Assembly: GCA_963807605.1 (NCBI GenBank) | Contig: CAWECG010000001.1 | Coordinates: 224,001-288,000 of the forward strand | Length of the DNA: 64,000 bases | Direction of reading: 5' to 3' | Source of the DNA: Candidatus Bathyarchaeota archaeon | GTDB taxonomy: Archaea > Thermoproteota > Bathyarchaeia > 40CM-2-53-6 > RBG-13-38-9 | Part shown: positions 30,849 to 41,331 of the stretch, piece after piece | How the letters are laid out: each line of letters starts with the position of its first letter | Numbering within the stretch: the stretch's first letter is position 1 | Notes under the pieces: model-generated | What the model was told of the DNA's origin: nothing | The model's input: only the letters and a program-made list of their open reading frames with translations | The model's database searches: none | Program-made: the position numbers and the translations under genes

Positions 30849-33581
30849 ATGGAACCAACTGGGCCGTCTCCTCGTCTCTACGGCATTTTTGGTTGGATTA
30901 TTGTAGCGTTGGTCTTCGTCGGCGTGATCGTCTATGGCCTGTCGGTCTATCTGAACTGGATCGTTCTAGAGTACATGTACGCCTCCAAGGCAGGCCTTGA
31001 CTGGTTCTCGATAAACTTCTACCACAACAACACGTTCATCGTTGCCGCTGTTCTAGCGTTTCTCTTCGTTAACCCAGTTCCCAGGAGAAGCCATCTCTTC
31101 GAGGCTTTGTGGTCGCTGGGTGGGGCGTTTGCGCGTGTCAGAGGGGAAGAGCAGGTTGTCTCGCTCGGCCCAGGCAAGGTTCTTTGGCTGTTCTGGCAGA
31201 TCGTCAAATGGGCTATCGCGTTCTGGATAATCGCAACCGCGAACGGCATACCGGGTTTCGGCAACATGACGGTCATAATCACGATGCTGCAAAGCGGGCT
31301 AGGCAATTGGGGGCAGGTCGTTAGGATCTTTCTGCTCCCGCTGGTCCCAGCCTCCGGGACTGAACTCGTTGCCTTGATGCCTACTATGGAAGTTCAGTAT
31401 CGTCTCATCTATGATATCGTTGGCGCGGTTGTCTTTGTAGGAGTCATAAGGCTCATTCTAATGCTCGTCCGCGATTTCGCCCGCATGAAGACGAATGCTT
31501 GGATGAGGGATCTGTTCCTGATAATGGCTCTGGTTGTTCTGGCGATTATTGCCGATGCACCCTACTGGCTCATGAACATTGTAACGCCCTACGACTACCT
31601 GATCGCAGTCATTGTCTTCGTAAGTTTCCTCGTCATCGCAGCTTCTGTCCAGTTCGGAGTCATCCGGAGGACGATAGGTATGACGCGCCGGAAGCGATGG
31701 ATGGTCTACATCATGGCCTTGTTCATATTGGGCATACTTGTCGTGAACCTAGGTTTCGTCGCAGGATATTCCCTGAACTGGAACAACAACTGGAGCAACT
31801 ACGAATGGAAGCCCATGACGATGAAGGAAATCGAGGTCACGCGATGGTCGGCAGGCATCCAGAATGTCGTGACGGCGCCTCTCTCGAGTCTTCCCGCAGG
31901 GAACACTAGCACAATCGTCTCGCTTGTGCGGCAGTGGGATCACGATGCATCGTACACGAAGATGATAAATCAGATAGGCGTCAATTGGATGCAGCTCAGC
32001 GCGTCGCAGATAATCTACCTTAACGGCCACGAGTACTGGGCTGCCCCCACAACAATCAACTATCCAACCGACGACTGGATTAGCCATCACTTGATCTACA
32101 CTCATGCCGCCAGAATCATCGTAATCGACAGCCACACAGGCGATTACGTTTCAGTACAGAACGCGTTCGGAGTCAAAGTGGAGCCTTTGATCTATTATGG
32201 CGAGGCACTATCTGACGATGTCTATGTTCACGTCAAAGGGTTCGATGAGATCGGAAATGCCTCCTACACCGGCGCTCCTGACTATACGCTGTCAGGCTGG
32301 CAACGGAGCTTGTGGTTCCTCGTGAAAGAAGGCCAAGTCGGCTTCGCCTTGAGCCCTCCCCAAGATAATATCATGATGCTGCACAATCGCGACGTTTACC
32401 AGAGAGTCCAAGACATACTCATCGGTGGATTAACTACTGACACCGCAAGCTACCTCGTCACAGACGGTAGCCGCATCTATTACTGCGTGCAAGTCTACAC
32501 GAACTACCCGATCCATTCCGGATTCTCCGGAAGCAACTACCTCCGATTCTTCGGCGTCGTTCTTGTCGATATTGAGAACGGCCAAATGTATCCCTACGTC
32601 ATTGCGAAACCAGACGGTTTTCTGGTCAACTTCTACAGACAATACTACTCTTCCTGGCAAGCGCCGCCGAACTGGCTCGTTAGTCAACTGCGTTATCCTG
32701 AGGACCTGCTAGGAACACACACTAACCCCGGACAACTGGACGTGGCTTTCCAGTATCACGTGAGCGACCCATTCATCTGGCGATCAGGATCTGATTTCTA
32801 CGAGCGACCAGAATCCACCGAAGTCCTATACATCCTTGAGACTTTCGGAAATCGTACAGACTTCGTAGGGCTACAGCTGGTAGAGTATCAATCATCCCCC
32901 GGCAAAAACCTCGCAGGGATGTTCATAGCCTACGGAAGCGACCAACTTGGCAAGCTGAATCTCTACAGAATATCCAACTCGACGACTCAACTTATCGGGC
33001 CGTCTGCCGCCCTGCAAGCCGTCGAGACAGACGATTACGTGCGCACACAGCTAACCCTGCTGCCGAACTATAGGCTGGGTAACATCCTGCTGTATCTGAT
33101 CGGTAACCGCCTCTACTACTTCATCCCCGTGTACATCAACACTCAAGTCGAGAACGCCGTAATCACGAAAATGGCGTTTATTGCAGTGGTCGACGCCACG
33201 ACCGGCGCCAGAGTTGCCGTTGGTGCGGATTCATCGCAAGCATACTACGCGATCTCCGGTGGAACCCCCGTCATATTGGGGTCTGCGGAACGTGTGAAGA
33301 AGCTCAACTCATTATTCACAGACAGCGGTTACTCTCTTGTCAGCCCGACGAATATCAGCGCGAACGTGGAAATTCGAGTTGCCAACATCACTTACACCGA
33401 TGAGTCACAATGGACCTCAGTCAACGCCACAGTCAAGGATTTCATCGCCAACTACTGTCAGAAATACAATGTGGCGGAAGTCTACTACTGGACTGCACAA
33501 GACGGTGGCCTAAACTTCGGCGTGCTCACCTCTACAGACGGAGTTGTGAAACTCTACTACATCACCGTGCTGACCAAGTAG
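30849..33581 (+). CDS. UPF0182-family membrane protein
   Basis: Multi-TM N-terminal half; HLIYTH, IYYGE, LRYPEDL, GNILLY...YFIPVY. Confidence 0.85.
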   Translation: MEPTGPSPRLYGIFGWIIVALVFVGVIVYGLSVYLNWIVLEYMYASKAGLDWFSINFYHNNTFIVAAVLAFLFVNPVPRRSHLFEALWSLGGAFARVRGEEQVVSLGPGKVLWLFWQIVKWAIAFWIIATANGIPGFGNMTVIITMLQSGLGNWGQVVRIFLLPLVPASGTELVALMPTMEVQYRLIYDIVGAVVFVGVIRLILMLVRDFARMKTNAWMRDLFLIMALVVLAIIADAPYWLMNIVTPYDYLIAVIVFVSFLVIAASVQFGVIRRTIGMTRRKRWMVYIMALFILGILVVNLGFVAGYSLNWNNNWSNYEWKPMTMKEIEVTRWSAGIQNVVTAPLSSLPAGNTSTIVSLVRQWDHDASYTKMINQIGVNWMQLSASQIIYLNGHEYWAAPTTINYPTDDWISHHLIYTHAARIIVIDSHTGDYVSVQNAFGVKVEPLIYYGEALSDDVYVHVKGFDEIGNASYTGAPDYTLSGWQRSLWFLVKEGQVGFALSPPQDNIMMLHNRDVYQRVQDILIGGLTTDTASYLVTDGSRIYYCVQVYTNYPIHSGFSGSNYLRFFGVVLVDIENGQMYPYVIAKPDGFLVNFYRQYYSSWQAPPNWLVSQLRYPEDLLGTHTNPGQLDVAFQYHVSDPFIWRSGSDFYERPESTEVLYILETFGNRTDFVGLQLVEYQSSPGKNLAGMFIAYGSDQLGKLNLYRISNSTTQLIGPSAALQAVETDDYVRTQLTLLPNYRLGNILLYLIGNRLYYFIPVYINTQVENAVITKMAFIAVVDATTGARVAVGADSSQAYYAISGGTPVILGSAERVKKLNSLFTDSGYSLVSPTNISANVEIRVANITYTDESQWTSVNATVKDFIANYCQKYNVAEVYYWTAQDGGLNFGVLTSTDGVVKLYYITVLTK

Positions 33582-33881
33582 GTGCCGCCATTGGAGTCGA
33601 CACGAGAAGAGTTCGACATGTGGCTGAGCAGCAGATACTCGAACCCCTTCTGGATCGGACACCACAGATTCGAGAAGAGCGTAACCGGAGAAATACGAGT
33701 TGACAACGGCGTATTCAACAGAGAAGAAGCGATCATACTCTACCGAATGCTGAGATCACGCGACCCGTTCACTCGACTCAACGCGAACTTCGTAATCTGG
33801 GAGAGAAACCGGAGCCTACTCGTTCTGCTGCTGATCGTGACGCTCATGATGCTCGCACTCGTAGTCATCAGGATTGAATGA
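33582..33881 (+). CDS. Hypothetical protein with C-terminal TM
   Basis: Abuts the UPF0182 stop codon; similar codon style. Confidence 0.65.
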   Translation: MPPLESTREEFDMWLSSRYSNPFWIGHHRFEKSVTGEIRVDNGVFNREEAIILYRMLRSRDPFTRLNANFVIWERNRSLLVLLLIVTLMMLALVVIRIE

Positions 33882-34103
33882 TAGTCCATCCGACTCGCCA
33901 ACCCGTCTCGCCCCATGTTCAATCGACTATTCTTCCACAACTGTTGATCCTTTGGGAAACCTTGAGGACAGCACGCGCGCTACATAGTTCACAGCAGAAA
34001 GAAACAGAGGTGCACACGTGGACTAGACCGACGAAAGCGTAACGAAAACGGATCGTTTAATATAAAACGCGTCGCTGTTTAGCCTTACCAGGAGAAAAAA
34101 GTA

Positions 34104-35357
34104 GTGGAATCATCCGAGTCTGTGTCGCGCCATAGGCTCAAGAGAACGCTTGAGGCACTGGCCTCTAAGGAAGGACGGGGGACAGAGTTGATATCTCTTT
34201 TCGTTCCTCCCGACAGGCAGATACATGAGGTCATGGCAAATCTCAGGGAAGAGCATGGAACAGCTTCCAACATCAAATCGAGAACGACTAGAAAGAGTGT
34301 TCAGGAGGCTATAGAGAGAACGATACAGAGACTCAAACTCTTCAAGAAGCCTCCTCCAACAGGTCTCGTGATCTTCTGTGGTGCCATTCCTCAGAATGGA
34401 ATCGGATCAGAACGTATGGAAACCTATGTTTTAGTTCCTCCAAAACCGATAAACGTATACTTCTACCGGTGTGATAATAGGTTCCACCTCGAACCCTTGA
34501 TGGAGATCCTCCGAGAGAAAGAGACCTACGGCATAATCGTTATCGACACCAATGACGCAACGTTAGCAACGCTTCGAGGAAGACGGATGGATGTGCTGAA
34601 GGAGTTGACTTCAGGCGTCCCCGGCAAACACCGAGCTGGCGGCCAATCGGCTCGCAGATTTGAGAGAATCCGAGAGGCCGCGATCAATGACTATTTCAAG
34701 CGAATTGGAAATCATGCTACAAACATCTTCAGCCAGATTTCAGATCTCAAAGGAATTATCATAGGCGGACCGGGCCCCACAAAATACAACTTCGAAGAAG
34801 GAGAGTATCTCAACTATATGCTAAAAGAGAAGGTCATCGCGACCCTAGACACCTCGTACGTAGGCAGTAGCGGAGTAAAGGAGATTGTTGAGAAGAGCGG
34901 CGAGATACTCCGAGGAGTTCGATATGCAGAAGAGAAGAAAATTGTACAGAGATTTCTGTACGAGGTGGGCCACGATACAGGAATGGGAGCGTACGGCGAG
35001 AGTGAAGTACGCCGTTATCTTCGAGACGGCCTAGTAGACACCTTGCTTCTAACTGAAAAACTGGACCTCAGCGATGTCAAAGTCGCATGCAAGAACTGCG
35101 GCTACACCGAGCAGAAACTTTTGGACCCTCGAGAGCTACCAAAACTCGAGAAGGAGACCTCCCAAACTCAATGTCCAAAGTGTCTGAACCAGACCCTTGC
35201 AATTGAGGAAAAGAAAGACCTCTTGGACGAGCTTGTCGATGATGCTGAACGAGCAGGAGCAAAGGTTGAGGTCATATCAACAGATACAGATGAGGGTGTC
35301 ATGCTTAAGGAGTCCTTCGGTGGGATAGCAGCGATACTGCGGTACCCAACAGCTTAG
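34104..35357 (+). CDS. prf1: Peptide chain release factor aRF1
   Basis: TASNIKS, YRCD, GGQSARRF, FGGIAAILRY. Confidence 0.97.
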   Translation: MESSESVSRHRLKRTLEALASKEGRGTELISLFVPPDRQIHEVMANLREEHGTASNIKSRTTRKSVQEAIERTIQRLKLFKKPPPTGLVIFCGAIPQNGIGSERMETYVLVPPKPINVYFYRCDNRFHLEPLMEILREKETYGIIVIDTNDATLATLRGRRMDVLKELTSGVPGKHRAGGQSARRFERIREAAINDYFKRIGNHATNIFSQISDLKGIIIGGPGPTKYNFEEGEYLNYMLKEKVIATLDTSYVGSSGVKEIVEKSGEILRGVRYAEEKKIVQRFLYEVGHDTGMGAYGESEVRRYLRDGLVDTLLLTEKLDLSDVKVACKNCGYTEQKLLDPRELPKLEKETSQTQCPKCLNQTLAIEEKKDLLDELVDDAERAGAKVEVISTDTDEGVMLKESFGGIAAILRYPTA

Positions 35358-35363
35358 ACTAGA

Positions 35364-36413
35364 CTATATATGAGCATAAAGTCTCTGCTCAGAGAAAGTT
35401 CCGCTGGTCATCTCCGACTCTATCTGTCTTAGAAGCATTATTCTCTTGAAAGTCGGTGGATGGGTTGAGAAAGCAGTGTTTATGCTCTTCCAATAAGACT
35501 TCGCTTCCTTCTCCATTGCCAACTCCAGCTCTCTCTCATCCAGAACGCCATCCTTATCGAGGTCGTACTCGCTTTTGTTCTGCAATATTGAGTTGATCTC
35601 CTCTTTTGCCAGTGCTGGATCCGATATGAAGAGTGCTCTGGCCCCGTGCGGCGCATCAGGGCTGAGTGAAAGCCCGTAAGCTATCTTTGTCAAGGCGCTC
35701 TCAAGACTCCGAGGAGAACCTGTCAGATACGCTGAGTATGCGTCAGAGAAGTGTTCACGCAATCTGCTCAATTTCAAGACAAAAAGCTGAGCCACGAAAT
35801 AGACGACTAAAGCAACAATTCCTGCCAAGACAATATATCCGCCTCCCCCCCTTCTACGACCACCTCCCCCCCCGAGCGACATTGTGGCTGTAGCAACCAT
35901 ATAGGCCATCAGGGGCAGGGCGGACAGGACCGTCATGATCAATGCATCTTTATGCCTTATGTGGCCCAACTCATGGCCTATCACACCGGTTATCTCCTCT
36001 TCTGAGAGACTGTTCAGGAGACCTTGATGAATGGCCAAGGTCATGTTTGAGCTAGAGTTTCCAAAGACAAACGCGTTAGGATCATTATTAGGCGATATTG
36101 CTATTCTGGGTTTCTTCACACCGCTCTTCTCTGAGAGATTCTCAACAGTCCTCTCAAGCCATGGAAATTCACCAGACTCGATGTAGCGCAGATGGGTTGA
36201 GGCGCGGACTATCGCAGGGCTTATAGCCAGCTGGATCAGCATGAAAATGATAGCAAGACCTGCTGCCACCAGCAAAGTTGAGTAAAGCGAGAGATTGACA
36301 CTTTCAGCCATGGAGAATAGAGCCGAGACTGCGAGGATGAACATTCCAAATATGAAGAGCGTTATCAGAACAGTTGCCCACATCACTGTTCTCAAAGAAG
36401 CGAGGCTTGCCAT
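35364..36413 (-). CDS. htpX: HtpX-like M48 membrane zinc protease
   Basis: PNAF, HELGHIRHKD, SRLREHFSD, STHPP. Confidence 0.9.
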   Translation of the reverse strand: MASLASLRTVMWATVLITLFIFGMFILAVSALFSMAESVNLSLYSTLLVAAGLAIIFMLIQLAISPAIVRASTHLRYIESGEFPWLERTVENLSEKSGVKKPRIAISPNNDPNAFVFGNSSSNMTLAIHQGLLNSLSEEEITGVIGHELGHIRHKDALIMTVLSALPLMAYMVATATMSLGGGGGRRRGGGGYIVLAGIVALVVYFVAQLFVLKLSRLREHFSDAYSAYLTGSPRSLESALTKIAYGLSLSPDAPHGARALFISDPALAKEEINSILQNKSEYDLDKDGVLDERELELAMEKEAKSYWKSINTAFSTHPPTFKRIMLLRQIESEMTSGTFSEQRLYAHI

Positions 36414-36470
36414 AGATTCACCCTCTAACCTGTATGAAAAACGAAGGACACCACTCCAGATTTAATCCTT

Positions 36471-37238
36471 GTGGGAAGGACTTTGACCAAACTAGTCAAG
36501 GAGATAGACTGCAGTAACTGCGGTGCGCCGTTGGAGTTTGAGCCCGGCGAGCTAATAGTATCATGTAGATACTGTGGATACACCTCAATCATTCAAACCG
36601 GCGAGCCGTTCGCTCTGGAACATTCAATGGTTCTCGACACCATCAAAGAGGACGAGGTAAACGAGCTTATACGAAGTTGGATGAAGCAGAACTTCATGGC
36701 ACCGCGAGACCTTGAAAGAAAGGCCACGGTAAGTGAGGCGACGCTTGTCTATCTCCCCTTCTGGGTAATGTCCACAAAATCAACGACAACTTACAAAGGA
36801 ACAGTAGAACGCGTAACACCCGTCGTTAACAAGGACGGTCAAGTTAACAATAGATACAGTTGGTTGGTCATTGCGAGAAAGGACGTCGATTTTCCAACGA
36901 GGGCATATAAGATACCTCTTGAAGGTAGAATTCCGTTTGACCCAGCAAAGCTCGCTAGAACAGCAAAGATCCTTAATAGCGAAATAGAAAAGGCGGAGGC
37001 AGTAGAAATTGCCGAACAAGAGATAAAACAATATCAACTGTCCATCGCAAAACAGGACGTCGACATAATAATCGAGTCACAATTCGAGTTTAATCTTGAA
37101 GAGGTATTCTACATTCATGCACCAGTATGGTTTGTATCATATACATACAAAGGATCAGAGTATCAGATTTTGCTTGATGGTGCAAGCAAGGAAGTAATTA
37201 AGGGAGGATTGCCACCTGTCGAATTCAAGTTCATATGA
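36471..37238 (+). CDS. Zinc-ribbon domain protein
   Basis: CSNCGAPL...CRYCG, VYLPFW, HAPVW..Y.Y.G. Confidence 0.8.
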   Translation: MGRTLTKLVKEIDCSNCGAPLEFEPGELIVSCRYCGYTSIIQTGEPFALEHSMVLDTIKEDEVNELIRSWMKQNFMAPRDLERKATVSEATLVYLPFWVMSTKSTTTYKGTVERVTPVVNKDGQVNNRYSWLVIARKDVDFPTRAYKIPLEGRIPFDPAKLARTAKILNSEIEKAEAVEIAEQEIKQYQLSIAKQDVDIIIESQFEFNLEEVFYIHAPVWFVSYTYKGSEYQILLDGASKEVIKGGLPPVEFKFI

Positions 37239-37259
37239 GATGCCAGAGGAAGAAGCCCC

Positions 37260-37859
37260 TTGAAGGACAACTCTCTTGAAGAAGCGATATTACGATTCAG
37301 TCACGAGGTCGGCAAGGCAAAGAATCTAGTACGTACTGGCTGGAGGGAGAAGGTCGGAGTCAAATCACCTGAATCAGTAGCTGACCATATGTACAGGACA
37401 GCTGTCATCTCGATGGTGATCAGTGATCTTGAAGGCTTGGATACAGAGAAAGTCTTGAGAATGTCTATTCTCGATGATCTTGCGGAGACTATTACAGGAG
37501 ATCTAACACCAAACCAGAAAAGGTCATATGGCCTCGCAAGAACTAGACAACGTGAAGAGAAGGCATTAAAGAAATTACTCTCGCTGCTACCAAGTTCTCT
37601 CTCAGAAAGGTACTCGGCAATTTGGAAAGAGGCCCAGCTGCAGAGATCTAAAGAGGCAAGACTTGTGAAGAGTTCCGACAAGTTGGAAATGGCTATACAG
37701 GCAACAGAGTATATGCAACAAAGTTACGATGCCAAGAAATTGGAGGAGTTCATAATCTCAGCCGGAGCTAAGATAGAAGGTCATCTTGTGGGGAAGGTCT
37801 TCAATAGTCTGAAAAAGAAATCTATTTGTTCGACCTCAGATGACTGGGACGCAAGATAA
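37260..37859 (+). CDS. HD-domain hydrolase (HDDC2/YfbR-like 5'-deoxynucleotidase family)
   Basis: RTGW, ESVADH, DDLAETITGD (HD position reads DD), DKLEM. Confidence 0.85.
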   Translation: MKDNSLEEAILRFSHEVGKAKNLVRTGWREKVGVKSPESVADHMYRTAVISMVISDLEGLDTEKVLRMSILDDLAETITGDLTPNQKRSYGLARTRQREEKALKKLLSLLPSSLSERYSAIWKEAQLQRSKEARLVKSSDKLEMAIQATEYMQQSYDAKKLEEFIISAGAKIEGHLVGKVFNSLKKKSICSTSDDWDAR

Positions 37860-38328
37860 TAAGTCGCTTTGTGATTTAGTGAGGGCGAAAATCTTGATAC
37901 CTGTTGTGATCACCCGTGATATTCTCCAGAAGATTAGATCTGGAATGAGCGTGCCATACGAACAGATAGGCCTGCTCATTGGGGAGCTCTCCAACGGCCA
38001 GCTGGTCATAAGTGACGCGATCAGTGGGACTTCCAGCGCAACCAGATCTCTTGCAATCCTCTCTACCGAAGTCCTGGCAGAGGTTGCCGATGACATAATT
38101 AACGGCCGAATAGCGGGAAGAATCTTGGGGTGGTATCATTCACATCTTGGAAGCGGAGTATTTATGTCAGCTATAGATATCGAAACACACTCCAAGCTCC
38201 AACAGTTCTCAAACCAAGTAATCGCCATGATAGTAGACACATCCTCGAACGAATTCGGAATATTTGTACACGATCCCCAGCTTGGAGGATTGGCTCAACT
38301 TCCGGAAGAATACATCACAATAATCTGA
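37840..38328 (+). CDS. JAMM/MPN+ metalloprotease, Rpn11-like
   Basis: EQIGLLIG...GWYHSHLGSGVFMSAIDIETH (E-x-HxH-x7-S-xx-D). Confidence 0.9.
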   Translation: MTGTQDNKSLCDLVRAKILIPVVITRDILQKIRSGMSVPYEQIGLLIGELSNGQLVISDAISGTSSATRSLAILSTEVLAEVADDIINGRIAGRILGWYHSHLGSGVFMSAIDIETHSKLQQFSNQVIAMIVDTSSNEFGIFVHDPQLGGLAQLPEEYITII

Positions 38329-38626
38329 ATGATTCAGAAACAGGCACTCCGCTAATCTGATGAACGTGCAACTACTCTCTCGGAAGAGATGGTAGTCGTA
38401 GATTCAGAATTGTTCCTGCGAAATTAGCAGCATTGTTATGTGAACCGATTTTGGAGACTGCAGAATTCAACCTACCCAGCTTGACCTCCTCCGCATGTCT
38501 ATTCGCTTTCTCATTCTAAACAGCCGGGCATAGGCTAATGGCTTGCCGTTTTCAACAGCATGACCATAGTTTCCTTGAGTATCAATCTTAAAAGAGACTA
38601 GAACCAACTAGGAACAGTGAGAAGTC

Positions 38627-39160
38627 ATGCCTAAGCCACCGCTGGAGAAGGTTGAAGAAGAGACTAGACTTCTTGAGAAGGTAATGCTGGCAGTCCCCGG
38701 CTTCAGAGGATACAAAGCTAAGGAGCTTCGTAGAGAAGCTGATAGACTGGTGAGGGACAGCCTTTACAGGAAGCTTGAGACTATAAGGGGCGACTTTGAA
38801 ATCATATTCCACGACTTGTCGGACAACAGACTTGAAAAATACTTGGACGAGCTAAACCATCTTATCGCAAAGATAGACACTCTATCCGAGCGAATTAACC
38901 ATGCCTCTTACGGTTACTCTGGCTTCTACGATGCAATGAAGATCGAGGAGGACGAACTCGACAATATGTTGTCGTTCGATTCGGGTCTTCTAGAGGGAAT
39001 TGCCAAGTTGAATGATGAAACAGCAACTTTCAAGTTTGATATTAGTGAAGGGAAATTTGATACAGCTTCCCAACATATTACAACGTTGACAAGCCAACTT
39101 GAAGAACTTGAGAAGAAATTTGACGGGCGAGAAGAGACCATCAAGGGGGTAGGCCTCTAG
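38627..39160 (+). CDS. Helical hypothetical protein coupled to the SPFH gene
   Basis: PGFRGYKAKELRREADRLVR, ASYGYSGFYD; stop codon abuts the next ATG. Confidence 0.75.
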   Translation: MPKPPLEKVEEETRLLEKVMLAVPGFRGYKAKELRREADRLVRDSLYRKLETIRGDFEIIFHDLSDNRLEKYLDELNHLIAKIDTLSERINHASYGYSGFYDAMKIEEDELDNMLSFDSGLLEGIAKLNDETATFKFDISEGKFDTASQHITTLTSQLEELEKKFDGREETIKGVGL

Positions 39161-40144
39161 ATGCCACAAGTCATCGAGTGGACGAATCCAAATCCAGACG
39201 ACATCATATGGAAGTTTCCAGACGAGCAGCTAACGTGGGGTGCCCAACTTATCGTTAAGGAGATGGAAGCTGCCGTCTTTTTCAGAGATGGTAAAGCGTA
39301 TGACGTCTTCGGCGCAGGTCGACACACAATAACAACGTTGAATCTTTCTTTGTTAGCGAGATCCCTTTCTAGTATTGCAGGGTACAGTCAGTCCCCCTTC
39401 AAGAGTATGGTATTCTTCGTATCGACACGGCAATTCGCTGGAAAGTTCGGAGCAAGGGCACAAACCACTGAGCTTGCCCCTCTGATGACTCACGGCTCCT
39501 TCTGGTTCAAGGTGGAAGATCCGTCGCTTTTCCTGAACGAGATCGTGGGGGCGCAAAATGTCTACACAACTTTCGACGTGAACAATTTCCTTCGTGGATA
39601 TCTAAACGAGAGGATTATTGATGAACTCTCAAGATACGATCTTGTTACTGTCTTCACGAAACTTGACGAGACTTCCGCGCAAGTCAAAGGTGCCATTTTT
39701 GACTACTTCAGAAGGATAGGTATGGAGCTCACTGACCTCAAATTCGAGGGGGTTGACACCGAACCTGAGTACAGGGAGAGGCTTTTCTGGCTTAAGGCAG
39801 GGAGAGTAGCTCCTGACGAGGTTCTCAGAATGGAGACGGTCAAACAGGCTGCTAAAGAGCTGGGAAAATCTGCTGGCGCTGGCTTTGGAACAGGCATGGT
39901 CATGGTTCCACCAATCTTTCAAGGGGCTGGAGGCTCAGGAGCCCCAGCCATGGCCTTGGTCTTCTGTCCAGGTTGTAATGCTCAGATACCCTCAACATCG
40001 AAGTTCTGTCCAAACTGCGGAAAGGACCTATCCACTCAGCAAGTCCCGCCTACGCAGGTTGAGCCGTCAAGGTGTCCAAAATGCAAGGAAATCGTACCTG
40101 TGGGCGCCAAGTTCTGCCACAACTGCGGCGCAACGTTAACCTAG
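39161..40144 (+). CDS. SPFH/band-7 protein with C-terminal double zinc ribbon
   Basis: QLIVKEMEAAVFFRDGK, FGAGRHT; four CxxC pairs (KFCPNCG, KFCHNCG). Confidence 0.88.
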   Translation: MPQVIEWTNPNPDDIIWKFPDEQLTWGAQLIVKEMEAAVFFRDGKAYDVFGAGRHTITTLNLSLLARSLSSIAGYSQSPFKSMVFFVSTRQFAGKFGARAQTTELAPLMTHGSFWFKVEDPSLFLNEIVGAQNVYTTFDVNNFLRGYLNERIIDELSRYDLVTVFTKLDETSAQVKGAIFDYFRRIGMELTDLKFEGVDTEPEYRERLFWLKAGRVAPDEVLRMETVKQAAKELGKSAGAGFGTGMVMVPPIFQGAGGSGAPAMALVFCPGCNAQIPSTSKFCPNCGKDLSTQQVPPTQVEPSRCPKCKEIVPVGAKFCHNCGATLT

Positions 40145-40165
40145 AGAAACTGAAGAAATAAGAAC

Positions 40166-40564
40166 CTAGACTCTACGACCCCGCCTGCCACCAGGGCGGC
40201 GTGTGCCATCGTGGGGAACTGGAGTGACATCCTCTATTCTGCCGATTCGAAAGCCAGCGCGTGCCAAGCTTCTTATTGCAGCCTGCGCACCTGGACCAGG
40301 AGTTCTGGCGCCATGACCTCCCGGAGCTCTAACCCGGATATGAATTGCCGAGATACCACGATCCTTCGCTACTTGAGCTGCAACAGCCGCAGCACGCATA
40401 GCCGCGTAAGGAGATCCTTGAAGTCGGGCAGCCTTGACATGCCTGCCACCTGAACTTAGAGCTACCGTCTCTGCTCCGCTCAGGTCCGTTATATGGACTA
40501 TCGTATTGTTGAATGAGGAGTACACATTCGCTATGCCCCAGCGTTCGGCCTTCTTCTCAGACAG
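40166..40564 (-). CDS. rps11: 30S ribosomal protein S11 (uS11); probable CTG start at 40564
   Basis: [50 protein letters not shown]. Confidence 0.96.
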   Translation of the reverse strand: MSEKKAERWGIANVYSSFNNTIVHITDLSGAETVALSSGGRHVKAARLQGSPYAAMRAAAVAAQVAKDRGISAIHIRVRAPGGHGARTPGPGAQAAIRSLARAGFRIGRIEDVTPVPHDGTRRPGGRRGRRV

Positions 40565-40667
40565 AGCTGTTCACCCAGATGCATTTTGTATGCTGACAAT
40601 CCCGAGGTTTCTATTTAAGGATTGTTTAGTAAGATAACCCCTCAACCTGCCAAGAAGAGTACACCAG

Positions 40668-41138
40668 ATGCACAACTCTACCCATGCGGAAGGTCCGGAA
40701 TCTCCATTGAGGATCCTGAAATTTCAATCAAACCTCTTTGAGGAGATCTGCGTGATTGAGAGTTCAAGCTTCTCGCATCCCTTTCCTCGACGCTATATGG
40801 CTGAGCTCTCCACGCTCTACCCAGAAACGTTTCTTGTGGCAGAGGAAGACAGCGAAGTTCTCGGCTACGTTGTAGCCCAGATGGATCATGATCAAGCTCA
40901 CGTCCTCTCGATTGCGGTAAGAGAAGATTGTAGAAGGAGACATGTCGGTTCCAGATTGATGCACGCACTTCTCAAGACTCTCAGGATGAATGGAATCGAG
41001 AGCGTCCTGCTTGAGGTAAGAGACAGCAACTCAGCTGCCAAGGCACTCTATGAGAAATTAGGATTTCAACTGGTCGGTAGACTCAGGGGCTACTATGAGG
41101 ATGGGGAAGACGCGGCGAGCTACTCCCTTAAACTTTGA
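40668..41138 (+). CDS. rimI: RimI/Ard1-type N-terminal acetyltransferase
   Basis: HVLSIAV, LEVRDSN, LYEKLGF, YYEDGEDA. Confidence 0.9.
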   Translation: MHNSTHAEGPESPLRILKFQSNLFEEICVIESSSFSHPFPRRYMAELSTLYPETFLVAEEDSEVLGYVVAQMDHDQAHVLSIAVREDCRRRHVGSRLMHALLKTLRMNGIESVLLEVRDSNSAAKALYEKLGFQLVGRLRGYYEDGEDAASYSLKL

Positions 41139-41331
41139 TAGGAACAAGATGAAGAAATATTATATCTAGATTTCACCCGTTGAAGTCCTTGTCAACCAGA
41201 CTCTTTTGGCTTCTGGACATCGATCATGAGAACGTAAAAGATGCGGTGGAGGTTAGGCTAGGGAAAAATGTGTCCACACAATTCTTGGCGGTTCCGCCTC
41301 TGCCCTGGCTGACTTTTTGAGCTGACAGAAC

